The position numbers and the translations under genes are program-made. The notes under the pieces are model-generated. The model searched no databases. It had not been told where the DNA came from and was given only the letters and a program-made list of their open reading frames with translations. 33,855 nucleotides of DNA from Catajapyx aquilonaris (Eukaryota). This document shows positions 9,801 through 21,201 of this stretch, piece by piece. Numbering within the stretch: the stretch's first letter is position 1; each line of letters begins with the position of its first letter. Location: assembly GCA_000934665.2 (NCBI GenBank), contig KZ539109.1, forward strand, positions 1 through 33,855, read 5' to 3'.

Positions 9801-12800
9801 TTTTCCTGGAAGGACCGTGGGACACCACAAAAAACCACGGTCAGAGTTGCCGGCCCCGGGATTCGAACCCAGGACCTCCCGATTAGCAGTCGGACGCCTT
9901 ATCCACTATGCCAACCTGCTTCGGTAGTAATTTTCTCAGTTAAAGGCTGTTTTACGAATTAGCTTTTCACGTTATAAAGCGACTTCATAACGTCGGACGG
10001 CAAGCAACGTGCGCGGCAGACCAATTTATCAAAAGACAACGTGCAGCACACAGCCGCGTTTTGCTGTCGGAAGAGCGAGCTGCCGGCTTCAAATTCTCCA
10101 GAAGTCGGGCAGTATGCTGTAGCGTTCCACGCCCCCCTCACCTCCTCGTCCCCCCTGGCTTGCTTATTTTCCCCCCTATGTTTTTTCCAGTCCGCATGGC
10201 CGCTAATGTCCCGTCCTTTTGCCCCCGTCCTGTCTGCCTTTGCCCCGTATGTGGTACAGGACACTGCCCTCACCCAGCTAACCGCCCCGAGCCCGCCCGA
10301 CCCCAGGTTGGCCTAGCGCACGTACTTCTCCGACCCTCTCCTTCTCATACTTGCCCATACCTTCTCATACTAGACTTGGCAGATGCACTGCCGTGCATCT
10401 TGATTCGTGACGTTAAAATATAGGTTCATTTTTTAGCATTATTAAAGACATTACAGACAAGTCTTTGCCCCATATGTGGTCCAGGACACTGCCCTCACCC
10501 TGCTAACCGCCCCGAAGCCTGCCCCGAGCCCGCCCGAGCCCAGGTTGGCCTAGCGCACGTACTCTCCTTCTCCGACCCTCTCCTTCTTATACTTGCCCAT
10601 ACCTTCTCATACTTTGCCGCGAGCGGCAACCGTATTGTAAATTGACACAGGAAGCGGCTTTTTGCTGCCCACCCATATGCAGCGACGACTTGCAGTTTGC
10701 GTGATGAAGTCGCTTTATAATGCGAAAAGAGAATTCATAAAACAGGCTTTAGACTTATACAAAGTCTAACTGACCTCTCTCTTGCACATGTTATAGTGTG
10801 TCTTCTATATTATTAGGATATATATTTTTTTAAATCAGTTGATTGGGAAAGTAATTTACACCGTTGTAAAATTTTAAGCAATGTCATAACAAGCATCAAA
10901 AATGTACAAAAAAGAGGTGTTCCTGACCAATGTAGCAGATTTTTATATTTAGCTATAAGTTTTCGCCAAATAGTAATATTCCCAGAATATGACTACATTT
11001 TTAAGCTAGTGCCACTGCTTTTGAGAACTGCTATCAGTTGGCAAAGCAAAATGGAATTTTCAAGATTTTGGTCTGCCTGGAGGGAGGCAGAAGAAAGGGA
11101 CAACTGGGACCCTTCTTTTACGGCCAGGGAGGACTCTATAAGGGTGGCAAGGTTGAGGGACTGAAAACTCACTGACTGATAAACTTTTCGGCCAGACCAT
11201 GCTGGACCCATGAAATTGGTGTTACACGTTTCGAATACAAAAATCTGAAATGCTGAAAAATTTTATGCCCAATTTATGCAGGAATTCCAAATTGATTTCT
11301 TCTACAGGCAGTATATATGAAGGCATTGGTTTCTGAGGCAACAGTGTTACATTCCCTCTCACACGTTTCCCAGAGCCATCTTCCATAGCCATGAAAAGCA
11401 ATTGAGGGAAAGGGGTAAGGGAACAACAAAAGTGAAGACGATGCAATGGTCTCGTCTGCAACAACAAAGTCACCCACGTCTTTATGATCCTTTCGGTGCT
11501 TACCCCCATTGCTCCCTGTTATAAGGTAATTTCGGAATGTAAGCGACACTGCCGTGGCATTTGCAACAAGCTGGACTCATATTATTGGCTTCTGTTTTCT
11601 CTCTTTGTAGCTCCAAAGGAGGGCAGCATGTACTCGAAATATGAGATGCAACTTGCCACATGTCCCACAAGATAATGTAGATCTTGGTGCCGACCCCAAT
11701 GTTTATACCCCCACATTTTGAACGCCACATATGTGCCAAATTTGAACAGAACATACGAGGGTTATGTAAGAAATTTGGATCCAGGTGAAGTGGAAAGCTT
11801 TACAGACCTCTGCTATTAGTAAATCTTCTTGTGGCTAGTGTGCCCCAGCTATTGACCCTCCTCATTCATCCCATGTGTCAAAAACCACCCAAAAAGGAGA
11901 AAAAAGGTTGACCATTGAGGAAATTCCTCAAGGCTCTATGGACAAGCCCCCTTCTGGTTTTGGATCCCTTAACCATTGCATACAAAGGTAGCTTAGCAGG
12001 TCTTGGTCCTTTTCAGTCCCAAAAACTGCATGGGATAGGAAGGGCGAGGGAGAGGGAAGAAAGAGGGGAAGTAAGGAATGCGGGGGAACAAGGGTTCACC
12101 ACTTTCTGCCAGAGTTGGCACTCAAAGAAGGTCCCGATTTTCTTTATCCCCCACCCCCACCCCCAAAAAAACAGCAAACTAGTCATGCCATAAGGCATCC
12201 TTCTCAATGGCAGTCTGAAGCTACCCATAATTTCTGTCAAAATCCTTAGCCAATTTCACTACATACTGTAATACAAGAAAGGAAGAATCATTAATTCTCA
12301 ATGACTGACTACAACCACTTCTGGCAGTGCTAGTCATCAGTTGGTGCAGCTCCAGATTGATATCTTTTTGGAAATATTGTGAAAATTTGACACATGTCAA
12401 CAAGCAACAGTGGGTTCATTCACGAACCTCAATAAAAGCAGTTCTGTATCAAAATATAATGCCCAAGTAATTATTGACTGTACATTGTACTCCTATTTGA
12501 TGTGGTTTTCATTTCTTGTGCAATCACTTATGCAGAGTAATAACAAACCCATCAGAAACTTGACAGTATATCCTACACAACTAATTAAACAGTGGAATGG
12601 AGGTAGGGGGAATCCATGAAGCCACATGAATGATGTACTCTGTGGATAAATCCTAGTAATAAAACATAATCTTCAAGAGAACTTACTCCACTCTCACGTC
12701 GATATTCCACATTGCACCCATTGAGGGCAATTTGCCTGAGGTTGAGGTGACAGGAGACTGTGAAACTGCACACCACATTGTTGATGACAATGTCAAGAGT

Positions 12801-12983
12801 GGGGCCATCATCGGCCTCCACAACCTCTGCCACACTGGTCTCCTCCGCTGGCACTTGTCCAGTAGCGTTGGTCACATGATTCTCATCCTGTTGGTGCAGC
12901 TGTTGTCCTGTTGCAGTGGTGGAAGAGGGGAGGTTCCCATTTGTGAGATGATGCAGGTTGTTGGCTCCTAGAGCCATAGCCAT
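6645..12983 (-). CDS. TBPL1: TBP-related factor 2 (TATA box-binding protein-like 1), about 299 aa, join(12687..12983,8165..8513,6645..6898)
   Basis: Two TBP repeats with TRF2-type motifs: DIVINNVVCSF..HLNLRQIALNGCNVEY, TASIWSSGKVTCTGATSEDEAKVAARK, YEPELHPGVT, ATLKIFSTGSVTVTAP, AIEHVYPLVFEFR. GT-AG junctions give 900 nt in frame. Confidence 0.95.
8165..8513 (-). CDS. TBPL1: TRF2/TBPL1 coding exon 2
   Basis: Acceptor TTTACAG|CAAATG and donor ACTG|GTAAAG. Encodes the core TBP-domain sequence. Confidence 0.93.
8652..8912. mobile_element. MITE inserted in a (TG)n microsatellite
   Basis: TIRs GGCGCGTATTGCTATCCTTGTGAGG / CCTCACAAGGATAGGAATGCGCGCC, TG repeats on both flanks, and an internal GGTTAGGTTAG. 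Confidence 0.75.
9639..9925 (-). mobile_element. tRNA-derived SINE (Ser-GCT-like head)
   Basis: Minus strand: A-box TGGCATAGTGG, CCGA-CTGCTAA-TCGG arm, B-box GGTTCGAATCC, body with AGGCCACAGCCGCTTCCTTCC, and a (TTA)n-like tail. Exact 18-bp TSD AGTAATTTTCTCAGTTAA at 9621-9638 and 9926-9943. Confidence 0.9.
9944..10748. mobile_element. MITE, PIF/Harbinger-like
   Basis: About 48-bp imperfect TIRs (AGGCTGTTTTACGAATT..TTATAAAGCGACTTCAT), TAA/TTA flanks, and an internal direct repeat of about 135-150 bp (about 10238-10371 vs 10463-10612). Confidence 0.75.
11310..11535 (+). pseudogene. possible decayed piggyBac transposase C-terminal Cys-rich fragment
   Basis: Frameshifted fragments SHLP...RRCNGLVCNNK...V...APCYK resemble the piggyBac Cys-rich domain spacing. 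Stops and frameshifts are present. Confidence 0.25.
12687..12983 (-). CDS. TBPL1: TRF2/TBPL1 coding exon 1 (exon begins at acceptor 13037)
   Basis: Acceptor ATTTCAG|GAC at 13037, ACCATGG start at 12983, donor GGA|GTAAGT at 12687. Confidence 0.9.
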
Positions 12984-13715
12984 GGTCCAAAAGTGCCTTG
13001 CAAGCACCTTCACACTTCCAAGTTCCCAAGCAATGTCCTGAAATGAATTATAGTCACTAACACTGAACCTCGCATGACCCTTTCAATAACATGTAGGAGT
13101 AACGAATATAAATTAATTTTTAAAATGCATGAGAAAAAGTATATTAATATACAGTACAATCATGTGATAATATTTATGACTTGTGTTTTCACAATGTTTA
13201 AAATCAAGTTAGCAACTGAAAATAGTGACTGCTTCAATACACCTATGGACACTGTTGGGAGCGTCACACTTTACTGACCAGCAATCATCCTTAATCAGTT
13301 GTGAAACATTTTAAAGTGCAAATCTAGAAACTGAAAGTTTTCCACTACTACTCTTGCTTGTATGGTACTACTACTTCTCTTGCTACTGCCACTACTAGGT
13401 TTAGGTGGTATATTTGAAATGCTACCAATTAGGAACTTTTCATCATATTTGATGAACAACGAGAATGTTCCTTCCGGGTCCCCATGCATACAAACTGGCA
13501 GCAAACAAAAGAAGCGTATCAGTAAACCACATTCTGAAACATTGATTATGTGACAAAAAATAATCAAAAAGCCTTTCTGTAAACACTCCACTTGCTTCAA
13601 TGATGTGGAACTCCAATATATAATTTGTAAATTTTATGTGGCAACTACCCCTGTGGTATGGGTTGCAACTTGTCAGTAGTACTCTGGAAGAAAGTCCCAG
13701 TAATATCTAGGTATA

Positions 13716-13833
13716 TAGTCTGGTGACCCGGGGTAGCTTGCCCCCTGGGGTAACTGGTTGTTTACTGCTATCCTTTTACATATGTTGCCATGGTGATTGC
13801 CCCCGGGATAGCTTACCCCGGGTCATCAGACTA
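13716..13833. repeat. short inverted-repeat (MITE-like) element
   Basis: TAGTCTGGTGACCCGGGGTA ... TACCCCGGGTCATCAGACTA. Confidence 0.6.
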
Positions 13834-14026
13834 GGGGCCTTAATCATGAAGGGAATTTCTAGTTTTTCCCTTCCCTAGTTGTACCCTAGTCGTATTGGTA
13901 ACCTCCACCCAGACTTCAGCTATCAAGCTGCATTAGAAACCCTACTCCAGGGGTATTCAACTAGTTTATGACAAGGTCCAGTATTTACCTTTCCTGGGCC
14001 ATTGAAGGTCTGGACACCCCCCCCCC

Positions 14027-14171
14027 NNNNNNNNNNNNNNNNNNNNNNNNNNNNNNNNNNNNNNNNNNNNNNNNNNNNNNNNNNNNNNNNNNNNNNNNNN
14101 NNNNNNNNNNNNNNNNNNNNNNNNNNNNNNNNNNNNNNNNNNNNNNNNNNNNNNNNNNNNNNNNNNNNNNN
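14027..14171. other. assembly gap (N run)
   Basis: 145 N following a poly-C run. Confidence 0.99.
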
Positions 14172-14210
14172 CATTTCATAAGCACAAGGTGAACAAACCG
14201 TAAAGGGCGA

Positions 14211-14211
14211 T

Positions 14212-14243
<32 letters not shown>
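14211..14243 (+). repeat. (TTG)n microsatellite followed by poly-T and poly-G
   Basis: Read directly from the sequence. Confidence 0.9.
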
Positions 14244-14244
<1 letters not shown>

Positions 14245-14460
14245 TTTTTTTGGGGGGGGGGGGGTTGAAGGTCACACGAGCTTAGGTGAAAGTGGTAGAT
14301 GTGTGTGTAGATAGTGTGTATTTGTTAAAATTGGTAACACTTTCTCCAAAAAATCATGAATTAGTAATTTCTAATGCTATTTCAAACTGTCCTGTATATC
14401 GTCGTGGTCCGGACAAAATTACGTCGCGGTCCGCCAGTTGAATAGCCCTGCCCTATACTC

Positions 14461-15836
14461 CAACGGTTCCCAACCTTTTCAGGCCTTCGTACCCCTTTGA
14501 GAGCAGTTGGTCCTTCTCGTACCCCATACCAGGATGAAAAATCGACAGAATCCTTGACATTTAACTAATCCGTGATAATTGTGATAACTACCTTATAATC
14601 AATATTTTGGGACCAGGCATATGATGAAGTAAAAGAATATTAACCCTTTGTCTACCATGCGATTTTGCACTGTTCGGGTAGGGGTTTAAAAAGAGCGCCC
14701 TAGGTGAAAATCAATGGATCTGGCACCATTAGTTTCGCTCTCGATTCATGCAGAAGAGGGGGTTGAACATTGCCAGACATACCAATCTATGCGGCATATC
14801 GAGAGAGGGCAGCAACCGCCTCTAAACGATGCACAAGACGGTGACATCATCCTATTACGTCATCTAAGCGGTTTGTTAAAGGCGGCTTCTACCCATCTAA
14901 AAAATCCAAGATAATTCTATATGGTTGCCCAGTCTCTTTGCTGAATTATGAAAACATTAGTGTCCGTTAAAAAATGTTAAAGGTCCGGTTTAAAAGGAAG
15001 TAATGTGATCCAGCAGGTGCAAAAAATAGTCGGCTCTCGTGGTGAGCCGGCAACGCCGAGAGCTCCAAGCAGTCCGCCTGGCCAATTAGGTGCGAGGACA
15101 CTCTTGATGACCAAGATGGTGCCGGGGAAGATTGCCTACCCTTCACAGATCGTTCTGATTTTTTCCCTGGTGAAAAGTAAGTTGCATAATTTTGGGATTT
15201 TTAAAAATGGTTTTCAGCTGCACGTGCACATCCCTGGAAATATGCGGCAGGGAGCTGTGTGTATTTAAATTTGTGCAGTAATTGTTTGTTTCGGTTTGTT
15301 CACAATGAATGAGACCTTTGGCTGTGACGTCGTGCCATTAAAAATATCCCTCAAGTGGCGTAAATACTATGAGGATTTCTTGAGGCTACAGTGAAAGAAA
15401 TTTCCGTCGGGGTTATACCAGTGAATTTTAAAAAATTCTTTGGTTTGGTTGTATTATTTATGGAACCAAATCGGGCACAGGGACAAAGGGTTAAGGCCAA
15501 AACACAAAAAGATTTTGCGGCAGCGTCAAGCGGCAAACGCCTGCCCCGCCAATTGTTATTAATTATTGGCAATAATAAATATAAATAATAAATATGCCGC
15601 AACACGCGCCGTTTGCCGCGCGTTTTTTTTTTTTTTTTTTTTTTTTTTTNTTTTTTTTTTTTTTTTGTGTGTGTGAAATGGCCTTTATGTCATTTCTTTG
15701 ATTATAATCCAGCTATATTTTCCCTTGTGCAAGCCACTTATGGGCTGTGCTATGTCCAAAATTGCTCGAGTTGGACTCAGGGGTACTTGGCTCCGTACCC
15801 CCTGGGGGCGTGGGTACCCCTGGGTGGGAACCCCTG
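14461..15836. mobile_element. hAT (Charlie-like) non-autonomous element
   Basis: Ends CAACGGTTCCCAACC / GGGTGGGAACCCCTG, subterminal GTACCCC motifs, and both flanks end in TACTC. Confidence 0.7.
14644..15490. mobile_element. piggyBac non-autonomous element nested in the hAT element
   Basis: TTAA|CCCTTTGTC ... GACAAAGGG|TTAA, with TSDs at 14640-14643 and 15491-15494. Confidence 0.85.
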
Positions 15837-17179
15837 GCCTACTCCGTTGCCTGAATGAGGAATATGTGACCTAGAAACAGGAACAGATGGTCACAACCCA
15901 GGCAACATAATTATGGCAGTGCTGAACTTTGTGAGTTTCTCCAGAACTGGCCGTAAAGTGAGCTCTCAACTTCTCTGTATTATCAAGCAAATCCACATAG
16001 AACACATGGTACATGGATCATTATTATTATCATCTCTCAAAGCAAGCATGTACCCTTTTCAACACTGCAATATTATCTTCCTTGTGCCATAAATATCTTT
16101 ACAATGAATGACAGGCAACTATGTGAAAATTGTCTTTCTATTACTGTGAGGACTGAATGGGAATATGGGTATATTAATAGGCTTTGTTTTATGATCTGCC
16201 CAGTTTTAAAAGATTTCCCTTATCAGAAGTTGCAGTAAGGAATATTGCATCTGCAGTTGCAATAGGACATGTGGAATTGCTTTTGTGTACTGAAAGCTAA
16301 AATGGGCTAGGCGCAAACCAAGAGCTCCTTTTCTACATCTGCTTGCATGGGCATGTCTTGTGAGATGACATGACACCATGGTGTGCATTTAGAAATTTAG
16401 GCAGTAATTTATTATTTAAATATCCCAAAATATTCTACTTCACTACAAGAATAGAACCAAGTGCTTCTAAAGCTCTCAGAAGTTAGACTAGGTTATGTTT
16501 AGAATACAATAGTCACTTTCAACATGTTACATCAGACGATATGTTCCGAGACATGCCATGCCAATCCTATCAATAGTTCAAAAAAGTGAGTAGGCAAAAA
16601 TGGAAGGAAACGAGACAAACACCTCTTCCCCCTCCATTATAATGTAGTCACACTGATTCCCCCTCAAAATATTACCATGAGGTGGTACGATTACGGCACA
16701 AGCAACAACACAAGAACACTAGGACTAGGGCACAAAATTGAACTTTTTTTCTGGCACATGTATATGAACATGTGATTCTTATTGCACATTTTGTGCTAAT
16801 TTCAAATATGTCAACCAATTTCTTCTATCGCCAACAGGTTTTGAGTTATCAGCATTTTTATGGTAGCAAAGACCTTCCTTTTACCCACCCAAGCTTTAGG
16901 TAGCGAGATTACTTGTGAAAAATCAGCATATGAAAGTGAAGGTCCCATTGCTCTACGATGCCTGGTTAGGGCTCACAAGGCCTCCGAAAGTTGGGAGCAA
17001 AATCGTGATGTCACGTCCACCAGCGAAATTCTAACACTGCCGTATCGCTACTGTAGGCTGTGCATTGCCAGGTGTAGTCAGATATTGCCAATGCAGTGTA
17101 GACATATTAAAACATACTTGTATAAGTGCTAAAAAAACTTTCACGGTGAAATTTCCTATGAAACTTATAGCAACTAAAA

Positions 17180-17233
17180 ATGACCGCGACCCCCCAAGAA
17201 AAGGCTTCGCGACCCACAGGTTGGGAACCACTG
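17180..17233. mobile_element. hAT (Charlie-like) terminal fragment
   Basis: CGCGACCC subterminal motifs and terminus GGTTGGGAACCACTG. The partner end was not identified. Confidence 0.55.
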
Positions 17234-17300
17234 GCATAGACCAACGTTACTGCCTTAAAAAAAATAACATTAGGTTGTGTCGGGTACACAAGCCGCAGCA

Positions 17301-17654
17301 TTTGACGTGAATATGTCTTTAAAATCGGATAAGTATTGGGGGGAGTGAATTGATTGTTTATTATCAGTATTGAAGTCTGGACACACATGGTGACTGTCAA
17401 GTCTGGACACATTTATGGTGACCCTCCCAAGAATTTCCCTGCATGCCTGACTGTAACGCTCACACGCCACTTTGGATGTAGTAGACCCTGCTCACACGCC
17501 ACCTCGGATATAGTAGACACTGCGCCCACGCCAACTCGGATATAGCAAACTCGAAAGGGCGGGGGGCCCTGACTGTAACGCTTTTTCGTTACGCTCGAGT
17601 TTGCCTGCATGTCCCCCCTTGCAGATCCGATTTTAAAGACATATTCACGTCAAA
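17301..17654. mobile_element. MITE-like element with perfect 30-bp inverted repeats
   Basis: TTTGACGTGAATATGTCTTTAAAATCGGAT (17301-17330) and its exact reverse complement (17625-17654), with internal short direct repeats. Confidence 0.75.
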
Positions 17655-20029
17655 AGTTGAGGACGGTTCAGGAGCACTGATGTGTGACTATGAGTATCAG
17701 GGATTTGATAACATCCTTGTGTCAAGCCAAGAAAGAAATACTGTTAAGAAATCAAGACTGATTATGTTCACTACAAGCCGCTAATGTTGTTCGACTGCAG
17801 CAGTTAAGTAGTTGTAAGACTGGGTCAAAGTAGCTATCTTTTTACAAGATTCTGCGAAGCTGAGTACTAGATTTCATGAGCTTCCAGGACATTGACAGTG
17901 AAGCCATGTACGAGAGTATGTCTAACATTCAGTAATTCCACAGCAAGATAAAGCAAGAATGTTGCTTTGCATGAGATTTAGGTAAATGCGGTCCTGGAGC
18001 ATCACATTCGCCCTGGAGATTTATTTGCCCGAGAAGTACCAATGTTACACGAATGCATGCAATATTGTTGCAATAGGATCCATGCATATCAATTCTAGGA
18101 TTTGCTCACTCAAAATATAAAACTTCCAGAAGCTCAGTAGGTGAATACACTTCAAAAAGCAAGGGCAGTTAGTGGTGTCAGAAGAGATGCAAAAGGTTGT
18201 AAACAAATGGCCTTTTAAAATGAAAAGACTGCAGCAAAGGTAAGTTTACTGTGATTTACGAGTATTGCATGTGTATTGCACAGGAATAATTCTAATACTA
18301 GCAGAGGTAAATATAAGGAACTGAACAGTTCTCCGACAAGGCCATGCCTCTTTCACACTAGTCCAACATCTTTTCCCTCATTGCAGATAGTTCTTTCTGC
18401 CCCAAAAAAGTGACTTGACTGGTACTTCTTTACCGCCCTTCCTGCACATCAGGGTCAAAAAGTGCCCTTACTACAGAGACATATGAAACCAGTGTTGGAG
18501 TTCTTGAAACACACGATGCGGTTTCATCTTTTTGGATCTATACATTAAGGTGCAAGTATACTTTATATTAAAGATTACAGAGAAACCTGACTGTAGAGGA
18601 AACTTGTCTACTGCAACAATCTTTGCTGGCCTACCAGGAAGATTGGATTTACCAATTATTACCTTTATCAGATTTGTCAACAGTGAAACCAGACAGAATT
18701 TTTAGATCCCCATGAATGGAAATCCCTCGAATAAAGGCCATTGGAAACCCAGGTCCAAGGTGAAAAATTGATGTAAACAGCACAAAGGTGAGAAAAATTT
18801 CCCTCGTGGATATAAGGATGGTGGCGAGCTTGACGAGTTCGGTGTATGAAAGGTGTAGGGATTTTGGCAACCAATTCAAAGATGCGTTATCACACCAAAA
18901 ATGCTTTTTCTTTGTGCTGTCAGATTTAAGGGAAGTATTGTCTATTACAAAAATTTGTTTTCACAAAACTGTAATTCCGCTATATACAAGTTTCCGTGTA
19001 CTTTCCTTGTGGTGGGTGGCAGGCTTTCATGTGGGTGACAATCATGTTTAGTTCTGATCGAAATATCCAGCTTCTGGCAAGTTACTTTCAGTTACTTTGC
19101 TAATATAAGCCCACTGAGGAGTTTATCACTCCACTTCCATATGTGCATCTGATTATGATATCATTACCACAATAATATGCCATACTGCTGCATTAAAGCC
19201 TACTCATTATCACCTGACAACAATCAGACTTGATAAAACAATGGGTTAACCTCTCAATGCCCACCATTTGTTCATGTCAGTATACAGACACATCTCTCGC
19301 CAAGTAAAATGGTCTCAAATTCAACTTTCCAGAACATTGCTTGAGTTCCTGCCTACTCAGGAGCACTACTGATGTGTGTTTCTGGGGGCAGATTCAATAA
19401 CAAGTGCAAATGAGATGTGTGGTGCAATTATTTGATTGCAATTTTTATGTTGCTATCAAAAACATGCACTCTACATCACATCTGCATCTTGCAGTGTGGC
19501 CGTAGCCCGTCAGAGCTAACAACTCAAGGCTGGTTGCACCAGAGCAAGATTCAGGTTCAGGTGTGAGTCCACCAGTGCCATTGATTGTGTGTTCATCGTT
19601 GACAACAATATTAACAACAAGAGGAGGGCTCCACATGAACCTGAATCCTTGCTCTGGAACCACTCTTTAACACATCCCCATTGTATTCTCTTGCAAACCC
19701 AAAACTCCCCAATATTACGATCCTCTCTGCTTGCAGCCACAGCAAACTCGCAATAACCACCCCCAGAGTATGAAAGTGCCTACCCTGTCTAAAGGCACAC
19801 TGCGTCGAGTCCTCTACCAGCTGAGAAACCTTTTAACTGAGCTGAACATGAGTAGCAGCTCTGACCGCACTGGCACTCTGATCCCAGCACCGCAGCGGCC
19901 CAACACGTCTCCTCGTGAGCAAGACCCCCAAGTGCCCGGTGAGTGGTCCTCCTTGGGCCATCAATCTACCCAACCAACCATCAATCCAACAACCCACGCT
20001 CGCACCCACCGCACTGCACGATTGACTCA

Positions 20030-21200
20030 CGCTTTTTTTTTTTCCTTCCACCCTCAACTTCCCCTCTGCATTTTTCTCTCTCTTTTTCCCCTTCCTTCCT
20101 CCCCTTCCCCCCCACCCTTCCTCTTCCCCACTCTCCCTCCTCCACCGCACTTCCGGAACGAAAAGAGAGCACGTAAAAAATTCCACCTGTGCGAGCGTAC
20201 TTACAGAGATCCGCAGTGGGGCAGGCCTTGCCGCAGGCCTGGTCCAGACGGGCGAGTGGAGCGCGTCCGGTGCACGTCCGTCCCAACAGCCTTCCGACCA
20301 CGGTATGAGCCGGTGCGTATTTTGCCCCCTCTCCCTATCTGTCTGTGTCTCGCTTCCTCTCCGCTCCCCTACTCTGCCTTGGGTCTAGTGTGTGTCCGCG
20401 TTGCCCTGGGAGACGGCCCTTTCCCTTCCTCCTCCTCCTGCTGCTGCTGCTGCTCCGACGAGAGACGACGAGCGACGGCGGCCATGGCAGGAGCAGCACC
20501 CGAACCTCCCGTCCCTCTCCGCTGCTCCTCTAGTCCTCTTCCTCTTCTCCTTCTCCTTCTCCTTCTTCTTGCATTGTTCCACTCCCCCCACCCGCACCCC
20601 TTCCCCTCCCCTGCCCTTTCCCCTCCCCCCATCCCCTCTCCTTCCGCAGCGGACGGAGCAGCCAATGGATGGAGAGAGCGAGCATCTCTCTACCATGATT
20701 GGTCGGAATATGCCTACTGATGTTCCCATTGGTCTGGATCATTCCTTGTCCATGTGAGGGGGGAGAGGGGGGGGGGATAACGAGCTTCCAGTTATATATT
20801 TAAAAATAGCACGATTTTTAAACACGGTTTTATTAATTGCGGTGGAGCGTGCTGTGGAGTGTTGTCGCCGGTTGTCGCAAATTGAGGCTGGAGAGTCCAG
20901 CGGGCGTCCGAATGCGGGGGTGTATTTCGGTACCTGCACACCGAACAGTTCAAGGAGTTTCGAAGCGGATTTTAATGCGATATAAAAACGTAACGAGCTG
21001 CAGCTTCATAAATTATAATACAGTTTAAAAGTAAGTCAGGTAAATTGCAGTAAGTAGAGAGCACCCGCTTTAATGATATTTAGTAGCGCCATGTGTCGAT
21101 AGTTGTTCTGAAGGCCATGTGGGCAGCCTACAACTGCCTCTGAACCGTGCTCTGAACCATGCCCTGAACTGCTTCTACAAGCTGGGGCTGCTGCTGAGCG
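20030..21200. promoter_or_regulatory. GC/CpG-rich bidirectional promoter and 5' leader region for TRF2 (-) and C8orf76-like (+)
   Basis: Local GC/CpG enrichment between divergent genes, an ETS-type CCGGAAGTG near 20148-20156 (minus), minus-strand donors at 20205 (TCT|GTAAGT) and 20031 (AGC|GTGAGT), and a plus-strand donor GTAAGT at 21031. Confidence 0.6.
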
Positions 21201-21201
21201 G

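Larger units (their letters stand above)
13948..14450. mobile_element. hAT (Charlie-like) MITE spanning the assembly gap
   Basis: TIRs CAGGGGTATTCAACT / AGTTGAATAGCCCTG. Flanks CCCTACTC and CCCTATAC. Confidence 0.7.

Noticed and set aside
9959..10423. Overlapping ORFs of 91-120 aa
   Set aside because: They lie within a GC-rich MITE with internal repeats and show no transposase motifs.
19731..20720. 329-aa plus-strand ORF
   Set aside because: Non-ATG start, Pro/Ser/Leu low complexity from pyrimidine tracts and triplet repeats, antisense to the TRF2 leader, and no recognisable domain.
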